Positions 49,301-62,084 are shown, counted from the stretch's first letter. The stretch is 64,000 nucleotides of DNA from Phoronis australis (GCA_002633005.1 NMRA01000266.1:198544-262543); one strand, 5' to 3'. The notes: generated by a model from the sequence alone, not told the origin. Translations and numbers: made by a program.

Positions 49301-50984
49301 CTGGGGTCAATTAACGACGTTTGAATATTAAATATTTTCAAAAAAACAGCAATACAGCCGACTAGGCACGCATTGCGCTACCTACTCATGATGTAACGGC
49401 TAAGGTTTGGTGAATTGAGGTTTATTTTTATGAAATGGATCAAAATGCATTTCAGAGCACGCAACTAATCCAAATTGACCAAAAACGCCTCCTACGTCGG
49501 TGGAATTGCTCTTAAGTCATGCCCCTCAAATCACAGCGTACCTTTAAATAGACATTTTCGGCCAGAAATGCTATGTACTCAGACACCCGCTGCAACACAT
49601 AGTCGAGCCCACAACCTCAGAGGTCGCAGTAACCCATTCTCTGTTGGCGAAGATAAACCCAATTGATAAATTCAGAGTATTCTAAGCGTACATGTACTAT
49701 GGTCACGGGCCCCGATTTCAGCGAATGCGTGGCAGACAACGGCGATTATTGATAATTTGTAGGGCGGATCCGCGGTGTTTTCGCCTAACGCTACAAGAAA
49801 AATTATCGAGTATTTGTTCAATTTGTTGCTCTGGACACTCCACATTTTGTCTCCTTAAATGGCGAGGATACGACAGAACCTCCTTAAAAGTAGACTTCAT
49901 TGGAAATGCAGTGTTTTTGTGCGTCACGGAAGGAACAATTAAAGTGCAATCACCCTGAAATACAACGAATTTTGTTATTTTATAGCACTGCTAATTTCAA
50001 CAGATTTATCTCATTCAACAATGAGTCATTCAGGACAAAAATGTGGTTTTTGGTCGCAAATCAATCATGTCCCTTATTGAGCCCTATATCTATATACTTC
50101 GATTTTCGTATGGAACTTTTGTAATCGCTTCGAGGCATCACGGTCTGCACACAGCGGTTATTGTACAGCTTATCAGTCACTCGGTGAAGATTAATGCGGG
50201 TTGTCGAGTGGGCTTCACGATGTGCCCCAGCATTGGCATTTTAACCAGGCTTTGAGTCCAAAATTACACGTAGTGATTGGCCGGCGATCGCCTGAATCTA
50301 ACTAGAATCAGAGCAAAATCGTACACGTCTGTTCTCTATTAAACATTTTATCAAACGCAAACCACTCAAGTTAGCAGTAAACGAGACTGTCGATTGGAGC
50401 AATACAAGGCCAATCGGAATGTATAGGCCTAGAAAGGGCTTTATATAATTCCGGATAATTAAGTGTGCGAAATATCTGAGTCATGATTTCTAAACAAGTT
50501 CGCAAGACACTTAAAAACCGCGACGTTTGAAAATGCAGAACCATTAGAGCAGTTATCGCACAAAGTCATAACCCCCGCCCACATTATTGAGTTTGCCTAC
50601 AAGGCCCTCAAGTCGAAGTGCTCGCTGTTTGCGGCATTTGAGCAGATATAATTTTATTACATAACAACGTCATACCAAGGCAATGTTGTTTCCGTACTTG
50701 TCGAAATTCTTCATCACCAGTTCGTGCAGCGGAACTTCCAGCACGTTGTAGTTTTCCTTGTAAGGACTCGCTAATACATGCGGTCCCTGACCTGCCAGGG
50801 ACGACAGATGTCGAGCGCCGCAAGCGATGACATGCCCGTCCTCCTGGGTTGCGGCACGGGCGAATACGGCTGAACTTCGTGGGCTGCGTAGACTTCGTTG
50901 AAACGCTGCTTCTGTTATAGTAGTTTCGTTGACGGCGAACAGCAGGTGTCTCAGTGGATATCTGAGCAGTTTGGACATTACCAT
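40170..50984 (-). CDS. 4-coumarate--CoA ligase-like / firefly-luciferase-like acyl-CoA synthetase (ANL superfamily), 10 exons, 603 aa
   Basis: Exons 50984-50676, 48798-48591, 48377-48271, 47871-47669, 46122-45936, 44839-44668, 44422-44322, 43326-43182, 40853-40605 and 40300-40170; all GT-AG with consistent phases (1812 nt). Motifs [83 protein letters not shown]. Confidence 0.95.
40605..40853 (-). CDS. 4CL-like exon 9
   Basis: [34 protein letters not shown]...LEFVN|gtaagt. Confidence 0.95.
41949..43100. mobile_element. Non-autonomous Harbinger-like DNA transposon in 4CL-like intron 8
   Basis: Terminal inverted repeats cagccgatttcataaaggtggtttaa / ttaaaccacctctacgaaattggctg; subterminal (ag)accaggtt/aacctggt repeats; contains a nested family 3-like hairpin repeat. 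Confidence 0.75.
43182..43326 (-). CDS. 4CL-like exon 8
   Basis: IVDLDSGE...[34 protein letters not shown]. Confidence 0.95.
44322..44422 (-). CDS. 4CL-like exon 7
   Basis: (A)[33 protein letters not shown]|gtgagc. Confidence 0.92.
44668..44839 (-). CDS. 4CL-like exon 6
   Basis: [37 protein letters not shown]...FKQ. Confidence 0.95.
44950..45330 (+). mobile_element. LINE 3' remnant (C-terminal CCHC region)
   Basis: [13 protein letters not shown]...EDRI..RC...[11 protein letters not shown], typical of LINE ORF2 C-termini. Confidence 0.6.
45936..46122 (-). CDS. 4CL-like exon 5
   Basis: QPDIMQL...[15 protein letters not shown]...[17 protein letters not shown]|gtgagt. Confidence 0.95.
47441..47597. 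mobile_element. MITE family 1 copy (reverse orientation)
   Basis: Reverse-complement match to 3556-3711. Confidence 0.8.
47669..47871 (-). CDS. 4CL-like exon 4 (P-loop)
   Basis: [11 protein letters not shown]...[22 protein letters not shown]. Confidence 0.95.
48271..48377 (-). CDS. 4CL-like exon 3
   Basis: (D)[17 protein letters not shown]...CPHVK|gtgaca. Confidence 0.9.
48591..48798 (-). CDS. 4CL-like exon 2
   Basis: [14 protein letters not shown]...[18 protein letters not shown]...AANPLYTV|gtaagt. Confidence 0.95.
50676..50984 (-). CDS. 4CL-like exon 1 (N-terminal extension)
   Basis: [15 protein letters not shown]...[18 protein letters not shown]...[20 protein letters not shown]|gtatga. 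Confidence 0.88.
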
Positions 50985-51659
50985 TTTCTCACTATCACTG
51001 CGAAATGCCAGCTCAGGCTATGCCCAACTCAGTCAAAGGTTATGTGTGTTACCCCTTTATCGTTGCGCCTCAACCCTGTGATAATCTCGTTTGAGTTTAT
51101 ATTTACCCTGTTGTAATACATGTATATTTATAGAACTCAAGCGGTAACAACAGCGTCCACTAGCGGTTGAATCTTGAACCAACCTGGCGAACCCGACTCT
51201 GGATCGAAAGACGATGGGTTACTCAGGCGCCAAAGCCAACAGCTTAGTGCTTACTCATGAGAACATCGTACAGTTGTCGGACAGGTGTGGCCTATGGTTT
51301 CTTTTAATAAAAACGCGTACATTTTTGTAGATGTGCCATATCGTTATGCGCATTTTTATTCCAAATAAAGTGGAATTTATAAAAGGAAATTTTCACCCGT
51401 GTGCCGGGTATCCATAACCGCCACGAAGTATCTGAGCTTGACATGCAGGTACAGGGTATATTAGAGAACTTAAGCTCTTTAAGTTTACTTTTACTTTTAC
51501 ATATTGTTTCTAAATTAAAAGAAAAAATAACAGTCGTGCTCGATCAAAGTGTGTTAGATTTTCACGTTGGCAGCGTATTCTTTCTCTTTATGGAATTATA
51601 GCTTTAACACCAGTGGTTCTTATTAAAATAAGAAAAATGAAATATCCAAATTCGATATC

Positions 51660-52240
51660 GAAATTCGATATCCATTTTTAAGTCGACGATTCTTTTTTTA
51701 AATATAAAACTAGAGTCATATGGAGTTAATGATAACGAACTCGTTTGGTTTAGAAACTACTTATACGACCGTAAACAGGCCACCAAATACGGTGGCATAC
51801 TTTCTGACTACTCATCCGTAATCACGGGAGTACCTCAGGGTTCCATTTTGGGCCCTCTATTATTCACAATTTTTGTTAACGACTTCCCTACGGTCCTCCA
51901 CAACAGTGTCCCAGTTTTATACGCTGATGATACTGCAATTATGTACACAGCTGGATCAGTAAAAGAACTCGAAACTTCTCTCAACAATGAGCTTGCTATT
52001 ATCCATGACTGACTGATTCAAAACAAACTCACTCTTAACGTTAGTAAAACCAAGTCGATGCTGTTTGAAACCCACCAGAAATGAAAAGAACAAAAACTAT
52101 CCCTTTCTATCAACGGTTTTCCCATCGAGAATGTTGACAAGTTTAAGTACTTGGGCCTTACTTTAGATCCCAATCTTAAATTTAATATGCACATAGATCA
52201 TATCACAAAGAAATTATCAAAGAAAATCGGTGTACTTAAA
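51660..52240 (+). mobile_element. CR1/L2(Jockey-group) LINE reverse transcriptase fragment
   Basis: WFRNYLYDRKQ...GVPQGSILGPLLFTIFVND...LYADDT...NKLTLNVSKTKSM...FKYLGLTLDPNLKF; in-frame stops; runs into the gap. Confidence 0.92.
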
Positions 52241-52698
52241 NNNNNNNNNNNNNNNNNNNNNNNNNNNNNNNNNNNNNNNNNNNNNNNNNNNNNNNNNNNN
52301 NNNNNNNNNNNNNNNNNNNNNNNNNNNNNNNNNNNNNNNNNNNNNNNNNNNNNNNNNNNNNNNNNNNNNNNNNNNNNNNNNNNNNNNNNNNNNNNNNNNN
52401 NNNNNNNNNNNNNNNNNNNNNNNNNNNNNNNNNNNNNNNNNNNNNNNNNNNNNNNNNNNNNNNNNNNNNNNNNNNNNNNNNNNNNNNNNNNNNNNNNNNN
52501 NNNNNNNNNNNNNNNNNNNNNNNNNNNNNNNNNNNNNNNNNNNNNNNNNNNNNNNNNNNNNNNNNNNNNNNNNNNNNNNNNNNNNNNNNNNNNNNNNNNN
52601 NNNNNNNNNNNNNNNNNNNNNNNNNNNNNNNNNNNNNNNNNNNNNNNNNNNNNNNNNNNNNNNNNNNNNNNNNNNNNNNNNNNNNNNNNNNNNNNNNN
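52241..52698. other. Assembly gap (N run)
   Basis: Run of N. Confidence 1.
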
Positions 52699-53539
52699 GG
52701 GGACTGGGTGCCTGGCTTGATATTGTCACCAATTCTTTATTACTAACCCGTGGATGATAAAATGATTCACCCTACCGTGTGTTATGGAGACGAAATAAGG
52801 GCGTGCAAGAATACGATGTGTTCGAAAAAGTGCATACTTCATTTTAGCAAACTCCTACTCAACGATGCGGTGTTGACCGAATGTTTAAGATTGGCGTTAT
52901 TCTTACTCTGTCCCCATTATAAAGAATTGGTTCAAACTTCTCAGAATGCCTTATCATCAGAAATCAAGGCCATCTTGTGACATTCTGCAAGATTTGGACA
53001 CACATGGTTAGTATTCACGGCTATTTTGAAACCATAATTTATTTAGTCTACAAACAAGCAGTAAAACTGAACAAGGATGGCCTGTGGTCAGCGTACTGTA
53101 ATGTCCCCTTACACGGCTTTACCAAATTCAATATTGGATTTTCCCTTTTTAGTTTGTATGACATGAAATACACGCACTACTAATACTTCTCCGACCAACG
53201 TTCATGCGCGCACACGGGGGGCTCGGGGTTCTCACGNNNNNNNNNNNNNCCACCCCCCCCCCCCCCAATTTGACGAAGTGGGCAAAAAAGTCCGCTCCTG
53301 AGAGACAACAATTCCAAGAAAATGGGACTAAATAATCGCAAACACGCACTTCACAGTGGTGCACCAGTTTTTTTTTTAATTTTTTTAGTCCGCCCGCTCT
53401 TTTGTTAGCAAAGTGTTCACAACGTCACGAATTCGCATGACGTTGATATGATCTGCTCTCTCAGTCACTCACATTCAGCTTGGGTCACATGACATTTTCA
53501 GCCTTCTGAAAACAGAAACTGTGCGTCTCAATTTAGTCT

Positions 53540-54005
53540 CATTTTGTCAAACTATGGACTCTATGACGTTTGGTTGACTCAAGATGTCGTATATGAAAAT
53601 TAATTGTTTTAACCAAAGAATAAGGAATTACTATTTGTAACTTTAGCTATAAAATGTGTCGTAAACGGTATTTCTATAACCACTTTAAGATAGAATTCAA
53701 TTTTTAAAACTGCCTCAATCTACATATACATGTACCCCTTGTATATGCAGATCCGGGCAATGATACGCTGTTCAAATCGAACTCCTTGACGCAGGCGGAA
53801 ACTGAACTATTGACAGTGCAGACGGTGTGTCCCTTGTGTACCACTGATTACCAATATTCTGAATTGTAATACAAACATTGAAAATTACATTGACATGTAT
53901 TATTGTAAGTTCCAATCCTTATACAAATTAATGAACTTAATGTTGGGAAATAATAAGGACCAACTTGTTAACCTTTGTAAATATGGTTTCTCAGCATTTC
54001 ACTGA
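53540..54005 (+). mobile_element. Highly decayed LINE 3' remnant
   Basis: NYGLYDVWLTQ...FYNHFKIEF...VCPLC...YYCK..SLYKLMNLM fragments resemble LINE ORF2 C-terminal regions. Confidence 0.45.
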
Positions 54006-54506
54006 ACTTTGTGACTGTGCCTCGTTACGCGCTTAGATGTCTAGATGTTTTTTTTTAATAATGGAACTGTCGCATTTCTTGAAACAAAAACAAAATTGTT
54101 TGATCGATTCAATTAAACTGTATCAAGACTCCATTTCCGGTTGACTGAAGAAGTTTCTTATCCTTTGTTGATGACTTTCTCTTTCTGAACACTGGCTGTT
54201 TGTTATTGTGAAATTCACGTTCACACAAAGTACTTTGTATTTCGTATCCGTTGTAGCCAGTAACAGTGTTGGCGACTATAATAATGGAATGTACCTTTTC
54301 AAAGTTATTTATCATAGTAACCTTTACAAATTACCTTGCTGCGAACCGAGCTCTCACCGCCTCTTGTTTAGAATCATCTGCATAAAGGTTCCTCAATACC
54401 CTATTTTCCGAACATCGATATATACCGAAGTGGGATCGACTGAAAAAAATCTTTTCCTATTCCAACTCTTTACCAGAGACATGTGTTTTTCATTCTCCTA
54501 AGAGTA

Positions 54507-54738
54507 CAGGGGTCCATTCCTCAAAACTGACTTAGCTAAGACAAATCTTAATTTTTAAGATGGAACTTGTTTCAAGACTGTTTCAAGGAAGAGGTCTTAA
54601 GTTTAACTTATCGGATATGTATGTAAGTGAACCTTAAATATCTTGTTATCTTGCCCGACATTGAAGTTACAAAGTTAAGATAAATCTTAAACCTAAGTCA
54701 AAAATGAACTTAAGTCAGCTTCGTGGAGCAGGCCGCAG
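54507..54738. mobile_element. Harbinger-like MITE
   Basis: ggtccattcctcaaaactgactta ... taagtcagcttcgtggagcaggcc imperfect TIRs; internal cttaa/ttaag repeats. Confidence 0.6.
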
Positions 54739-56298
54739 CTCACCAAATTCTCGAACATCCTTATTACGAAACTGCTTTCACTCCGCTCACATCTTGGTCG
54801 CCCTGCATTACTTTAATGCCATATCCAAATGAATGTGTTCGCAACAGATTTACCAGTCTTAGCTTCCAACGTTACGAGCCACCCAAAAGTGCAGCACATA
54901 CTTATTACGGCAAAAAAACGTTTGACAGCGCCGTCAAAATTGAAAGAACAATAGCATGTCTACTAAATCGCATCAACATATTTTGTTTATAAAGTGAACT
55001 TGAACTCCCCTTCTTCGGAATTGTTTCGGTAGGGGATTATGCAGCTTGGGGTATTAGATAGGCCTAAGCGTTATATGGAAGGTCTCTCACGTGAAATTAC
55101 TACTCATCATTGTCGAATGATTCCTTAGACTTAATTCTTTAGTAAACATAAATCACACAACAGCATACAATCATCCCAGACTTTGCGAAAAGCAATATAC
55201 ATGTACTTCCTAAGTTGAATGTATCGAAGGAAATCATTATTTCGCATTTCACTAAAAACACCAGATGTTTCAACCTGTTCTTTTAGGCATTCACCAAATT
55301 ATGAAGATAAATACAAAAACATAATACAATAAAATTCAGCCTGGAAAACTCAATGAACATTATTTCTGGGCTTTAGACACTAAACGTTCAATAATAAATG
55401 AGAATATTAAACTTTTTCGTTATATAAACTAAAAAGAGAAAAGGACATTCACATACAACAAACGATGTAACTGATTAAAACATCATAATATTAGCTTTTA
55501 CACTTCAACCTTGAATAACTACATGTATATTGACTGTGTCTAATAAACTACCGGATTCATTAAGTATGACGAACACATCAGAGTTATTGTCGGTGATCTG
55601 GAAGGGTCCGTGTCGTTGTTGAAAATTAAGTGGACAGTACAACAAACTGTGGTTTTGATTTTCTCGAACTCCGTTAGAACCATAAAACGGAGCAGCAGAT
55701 TTAGACGTATGAATTTCATCAGTACTAAGACATCAAATGACATTTTACCCTGTACTAAAACAAAATAAATACGGCAACCCAAATTCCTTTACACCTTTAA
55801 TAAAACACACACTTAACATATTATATCTTACTTTCGCATAACTTTTAAAACATATTTTAAACTATGTAACATAAATAATAAACTAATAATATTGGTTTCC
55901 TGAAACATTTATGCTTCACTGAAATGTCCCACGCTAACGTAGTTTCATGTTCGTGCAGTAGTTACTAACTCCTCATTAAAATCCAATAATTTCACAGCAA
56001 AATAAAGGTAATAAATATATAACACACATTCCGTATGTAACGCAAGTTAATATCTAATTCAACAATATCCACTTCACAATACATCAGCTAAATACTTGAA
56101 ACCTTAAAAGACATCTATAGGTTACTTGGGCCGCTTTCATCTTTGTAAGCAAACCTAATCAACATAATTCGGCAATTTGCACACCACATCTACAACATTG
56201 AAATATGATTACGCTAACTGACGCCCACAACGACCTACGGTCGAGATGTGCTTTGACACTACAGATTGAGATAGACCAAGTCGAAATGTGTTTTGCAG

Positions 56299-58319
56299 TT
56301 ACTTAGTATCACTGCACTGACCGTGGTAGGTCGCTACAAAGTACCGTTTGTCCATTTTGCGTACGTACTGGGATTGAAAAAGATCGCATTTCTTCGTAAG
56401 AAACCTCATCCGGGCGGCAATTGTTTGCGACACAAACATTATCTGAAACAGGTTGACAATAGCTTTGTACTTTGAAACTTGATTAACTGTGTCAGACATT
56501 ACGGCAATGAGAAAGTTAAGGAGCAAAATGGCGACAACCAGAACATATATTATATGCAGAATGACTACTACGATGCCCTCTGGCGTCGAAATGTCAATCT
56601 CGTTCGTGAACGTAACCATGTTCAACATAGTAATGAACGTTGTGTAAATGGATTGGCAAAAGGTATCAAAGCCCGAGTGCATGCACTGACTACCGATGAT
56701 GGCGAAGAAAGTGACTGCAAATGAGAGAATAATAAGAAACTGAATGACCAGGAAATTAACCATGTTGCCGATCATTTCTTGAAACGTGACGACGAAGTAG
56801 CCGATAGTTGAATTCAACCTCAAGAAATACAGACAAGACCAGACGTTGCAAATACTGGTCATAGCAATGCAGATGAATATGAACGTACGTGTTGCGCAGT
56901 CGGACATCTGAACAGAATAAAGGCTCGTTATGACGACAGTAGCGCAAACAATGTGAAAGCAGTCGCATTTCAGGTAAAACCCGCAGCTTGAGATCGACCT
57001 CTGGCCATTTTCGTCAGCCATAATCTGCATCGCTGTTTTGCGAAGTGTTATGCCATACCAAGTGAAGTCAGAGAGATGTCCTGAAATCGTTGTAAGTAAT
57101 CTGAAAGCGACCAGTGGCATAATGATGTAAAACAGAGATCTACAGCTGATTGACGTGAAACTCTTCTTGCCGCAATCAAAATGGAACTCGTCTCTGGACG
57201 TATTGGAGTCGGGTGTTTGATTCTGATAATGCCAACGCATTGTGTTGTGTTTAAGCTCGTAAAATTTAACGACAAGAAAATCTTGAAAGAAGACCAGGAA
57301 GGAGACGACGTACAGAAACCTGTAGAGCATCCATCCCCTACGAAACCATCGATAGGTCTTGCAATAGTTTTCCATCCATCTGCCTAAAGGCGTCGATAAG
57401 AATGAGAGCGAGTGCGCCAGCTGATCCAGCCTTTCGTACGTCAACCCATACAGCAAGGACAATGGATTGTTGTTGATTCGTTTGCCGTCGTTAGTATATT
57501 CTGTGACATCGTAGTAAGCAATGTTGTTGACTCCGGTCCTGACTTGGGTGAACCTATACACTCCTTCGATGTTCCAGATCTCATTGGCCATATCTAAAGC
57601 GCCTACCCTGCTAGCCAGCTCCAGGGGTCGGTAACCGCTGTCGTCTTCAGCCATGAGAAGTTTTCGCAAACTTGGCTCGCCTAGTTTCGGACTATTCAAA
57701 ATGAAGTCTTTCATCATTTGAAATCTGCGAACGGCGATTTTGCTGGTTGGTGAAGAAACGCTTAATATTACAAGGACGTGCAAACAATTCCAGCTGTACA
57801 TAGCAGTACCAAATATGTCGGAACCCATTTTTATCAGTTTAAACGCAAGCTCCATGTGACCCCCAGCCAAAGCCGCAACAAGTGGAGTTGAACAGATTAA
57901 TTTTTGATCAGCAGCCTTCTGCTTGCTTGCGTAAGATCGCATCAACTGTTTAGCAACAACGGGACTGTAAGTGACGTGCATAACCTCTTCGTTTGGAAAT
58001 ATGAACTTGCCGCAGATCAATTTATGTCGTTCAAACGGGTCAACTTTCTTCAATCTCAAGTCAATCTTCGACAGGTCACCGTTGCCTATCTCTTCTAGCC
58101 AGAAGCCGTACCCTTCAAGATCCATTTCCAGCATGTCTTTGCTTTGAACGACAAAGTCTGGAACACCCTCTTTTTCGTCAGTATAGCCCATCTCCATGTC
58201 TTCAACTTCTAAGTTTAGTCGTCCTTGACTCACCGGTGAATCACGCGGGTCATCGAATACTGGTGTAACTCTCGATGACCTCACAAGCACAGGCAAGTGA
58301 TTTGCCAATGAGGAAGGAT
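56299..58319 (-). CDS. TRPV-like cation channel (ankyrin repeats + 6 TM), encoded by one ~2-kb exon
   Basis: Ankyrin motifs STPLVAALAGGHMELAFKLIKMGSD, WNCLHVLV, GYRPLELASRVG; linker YYDVTEY; S4-S5 YFLRLNSTIGYFVVTFQEM; pore helix QSIYTTFITML; S6 ILLLNFLIAVMSDT. Acceptor tatttacag| at 58319 implies an upstream exon or an internal ATG near 58198. Confidence 0.9.
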
Positions 58320-58414
58320 CTGTAAATACGATCGTGCAATGTGGTACTGAGTTGACCGAGGCTAGTTGATAGAGGGGTTGTGCTATGGAAATGTAATGAC
58401 ATTCAAAACACCCT

Positions 58415-59012
58415 GGGTAGAGTTCAGTAGATTCTTGCGACTAGACAGTGACAACCGTCTCTAGTTGAACTGCAGACGGTGAATCTCCTGTAGGTGCTTC
58501 ATGCACCGGAAGCTTTTCGGCAAATTATGCATCACACTGATTAAAAAATATAAGTCACGTTGTTATAAGTAACCTTTTGCAACACTGCGCGTGGCTGATG
58601 GTATGACGTCATATCCCCTGGCTCGCGCTGGCGTCAAAATGACCAGTCTCTGATTTTTGGGAAGTGAACGAAAGACTGCTCGAAGAAAAAGTTTGATAAT
58701 GGGTATTTTTGTTCGAGGTGGATAGAATTAAGGACAAGGACGGACTCCTAAGGTGTCCCTCTTTGCGCAAATTGTATTCATAACAACGTGACTTTGATGT
58801 TTTAATCAGTGTGAGCCGAGAAGCTTCCAGCGTTTCTATATACTGGCCAGCTAGAGACGGTGGTTACTGTCTATCTCGCGACTACAAAATCTGGCCAAAA
58901 TCACGTGTTCTCATTCATGTTTAAAATACACGACATTATCTCACATAATCTTGCAGTCTTGATTTTTAAAAAAGGTCTCAGCGTAGGTATTAGCAATACT
59001 GAACTCTACCTC
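58415..59012. mobile_element. Nested MITEs: palindromic element (~58430-58884) inside a family 1-related MITE
   Basis: Outer ggtagagttcagta / tactgaactctacc; inner tagacagtgacaaccgtctctag / ctagagacggtggttactgtcta and cacactgattaaaa...agtcacgttgttat / ataacaacgtgact...ttttaatcagtgtg. Confidence 0.75.
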
Positions 59013-60302
59013 GGTCACAGACATGTGTAGTTTTGTCAGCGTTTGACTAGCTTTGTGACACATTATATAGTGAAGTAGATTTTTGTCTTAATAACGTAAC
59101 ATCTTGCTACAGTTTGTATTTTTGTCACAACTGCAAACATTTCGTACTAAAAAGTGACGCATTATGATAAAAATGAACAAAAATTCCAATTACTTGTACA
59201 AATGGATGATTGCAGTTACTAAATCGATGTTTAAGTTCGACATCTGGATTTTTTGAAAAATTTTTGTACTGAACGAACAATTATCGTGGTTATAACCAGG
59301 TTGTATATTCAGGATAAGCACGTACACTAGAACAGTAAATTTCATAACAACAGTCTGTGAAAGATCTACAAGTTACGCGCAGTGAGTGAACACTTCTATT
59401 ACCATTAGAGCATTCATAGATTTTCGATGTGAATTAGTTGGTCTCAACTTGTATCACACTGGTTATAAGTGACTTCGGGATCTCGACGGGGGGAACTCAA
59501 CAACGATTCGCTATCATATGCCCGAAATCAATATGACTGTCAGTCAAAATTGGAAACGCCAAGTTCCACGATCAGGCTGAAGTTCAATTTGTTGGTAAAA
59601 CAGGTCTACCTTTATAATATCTTTTCCACAGTTCAGCCGAGGAGATCGGTTACAAACTATATGACGTAGTACCCTCTGACACAGCGCCACCTATACTGCA
59701 ACTTTCGCTTAGCACTGTGATGGAGTGTATATGACGTAGGTGTTAAATTGCCGGGTCTACAGTGGAGGCAATGGTAAGTGTGGTTGGGTAACCGTAAAAA
59801 GGGGATGTACCCGCGGAAGATCCTGTAACCTGCATATCGACAGCTCATTCGTTTTGGTTGTGTCGGTCCTCCTCACGACACATATGTTTTTCTAGTTCTG
59901 GGCTTGCATAAGTCGGGTTGTAATGACTGAAGGATTGCTCGTTTTCATTGTTCACAGTATGGACGTTTTAGTTCTATAAACATGTATTCGTACTAACAGA
60001 AACGTGAGAGTAGACACGTCTGGTCCGATTTTGAACAGCATAGCAAACAATTCGATTTGTTTATCCCTTTGAAGCCAGCGGAACGGATAATGATAGTCTG
60101 TAAATATTGACAAAAGCTCATTGGAAATTTCGACATCTTGACTTCGATTTCCAATCTTGTAAGGGTTTCCAAAGGGGGTTTACGAGTCACTGCGCACGAC
60201 GCATGTTTGCAAAAAGTACCTTTTCGTAATTAGTTGTATAATTCAAACATGTTTTTTTCGTTTTGATGGGAAGACAGCAGACGTCTATTCTTCATAGCTT
60301 AA

Positions 60303-61156
60303 GTAACGTAGAAAATAAATCTGAAACTAAATAAGGCGATCCAGATCCTCCCAAGGATACTATTGTTTCATGAAATGAAGAATATAAATCGGTAAGAAAA
60401 CAACAAGGATGGATCAACTGCAATTTGAAATTTTCGGATGTAATAACTTCCTTTGTCAACAAAAACAGAAATAAAGTAAAATCAAACACTATATGACAAT
60501 TGACATACAAGATATGGTGTAATGGGTACTGGAGTGTTGGAGTTTTTCTATTATTTGTACAGAAAGATCTTGAATATTATTTTTTGGAATTGAAATGATT
60601 ACCTATAGTATCAGAAATGTGTTTATGTATTATGTTAAATCTATGATTACGAAACCGAGTTTATGTTGCGTTGGTCCTACGTATTGGATAGCACATTTAC
60701 AAGTTATAAGATAAATAACATTGTTGGTGGTGCAATCATGATAATGTTTGATTTCAAAGTTTTCATTGGTTTGGGAAGACTGGAAGAAAGTACTATCGTC
60801 GAGAAAGTTACACATTTTACACCAAGTTTTGTTACATTGTGTGTTGCCAATAGGTTTGTCAGTTTGGTGTATATTGTCGGTATTAGCTTTAACTAAATAA
60901 TTTTTTAGATTTTTATATTTTCTCCAAGAAATTATAGGTGGATGAGGAAATAGGTTTTTCATTTGAGGGGAAATATGCAGCGTGGAAAGATGTTTTCTGA
61001 AGACCTGGCTAATTCCGTTTAAACATGGATTGAACATAGTTATGAAAGGTATTCTATTAGTAGTATTGCCTTTAGTTTTAGTTCTTAAAGATTCATTTCG
61101 TGTAATTGAACGGACTTTGTCAAACTGTTTGTGTATAAGATGTAAAGGAAAATGAC
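60303..61156 (-). mobile_element. Penelope-like (Neptune-type) element 3' fragment, left arm
   Basis: CNKTWCKMC...NVIYLITCKCAIQYVG (GIY-YIG); frameshifted; ~125-bp deletion relative to the right arm. Confidence 0.9.
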
Positions 61157-61177
61157 GTTGAATTAGATAGTACTTGA

Positions 61178-62084
61178 GTCATTTCCCCTTACATCTTATA
61201 CACAAACAGTTTGACAAAGTCCGTTCAATTACACGAAATGAATCTTTAAGAACTAAAACTAAAGGCAATACTACTAATAGAATACCATTCATGTCTATGT
61301 TCAATCCATGTTTAAACGGAATTAGCCACGTCTTCAGAAAACATCTTTCCACGCTGCATATTTCCCCCCAATGAAAAACCTATTTCCTCATCCACTTATA
61401 ATTTCTTGGAGAAAATGTAAAAATCTAAAAAATTATTTAGTTAAAGCTAATATCGACAATACACACCAAACTGACAAACCTATTGGCAACACACAATGTA
61501 ACAAAACTAGGTGTAAAATGTGTAACTTTATCAACGATAGCACTTTTTTCCAGTCGTCTTCCCAAACCAATGAAAACTTTGAAATAAAACATTATTCTGA
61601 TTTTACCACCAACAATATTATTTACCTTATAACTTGTAAAAAATGTTCTATCCAATATGTAGGACAAACTCAACATAATCTACAAACTCGGTTTCGTAGT
61701 CATAGATTTAACATAATACATAAAAACATTTCTGATACTATAGGTAATCATTTCAATTCCAAAAACCATAGTATTCAAGATCTTTCTGTACAAATAATAG
61801 AAAAACTCCAAAACCCCAGTACCCCTCACAGACTCAAAAGAGAACAATATTGGATAGACAAGCTCAATACAATAGAACCTCATGGATTGAACATAAAAAC
61901 TTCTTAAAATATGTCATTGAATTTTTTACGCAAAAATATATCATATCCATTACACCATATCTTATATGTCAATTGTCATATAGTGTTTGATTTTACTTTA
62001 TTTCTGTTTTTGTTGACAAAGGAAGTTATTACATCCAAAAATTTCAAATTTCAGTTGATCCATTCTTGTTGTTTTATTTACCGA
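61178..62084 (+). mobile_element. Penelope-like (Neptune-type) element 3' fragment with GIY-YIG endonuclease, right arm
   Basis: CNKTRCKMC linker; NIIYLITCKKCSIQYVGQT...RFRSH...GNHF...REQYWIDKLNTIEPHGLN (61371-61907). Confidence 0.93.

Noticed and set aside
40170-50984. Calling the gene a true luciferase or a horizontally acquired plant 4CL
   Set aside because: Such enzymes are widespread in animals, the gene has nine spliceosomal introns, and the substrate cannot be read from sequence.
51140-51245. Minus-strand tRNA/SINE-like segment upstream of the 4CL-like gene
   Set aside because: A/B-box matches are too degenerate to support a call.
3912-58319. Functional cluster or operon because all genes are on the minus strand
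   Set aside because: Five genes, two of them tandem paralogs, with multi-kb spacing and unrelated functions; co-orientation is plausible by chance.
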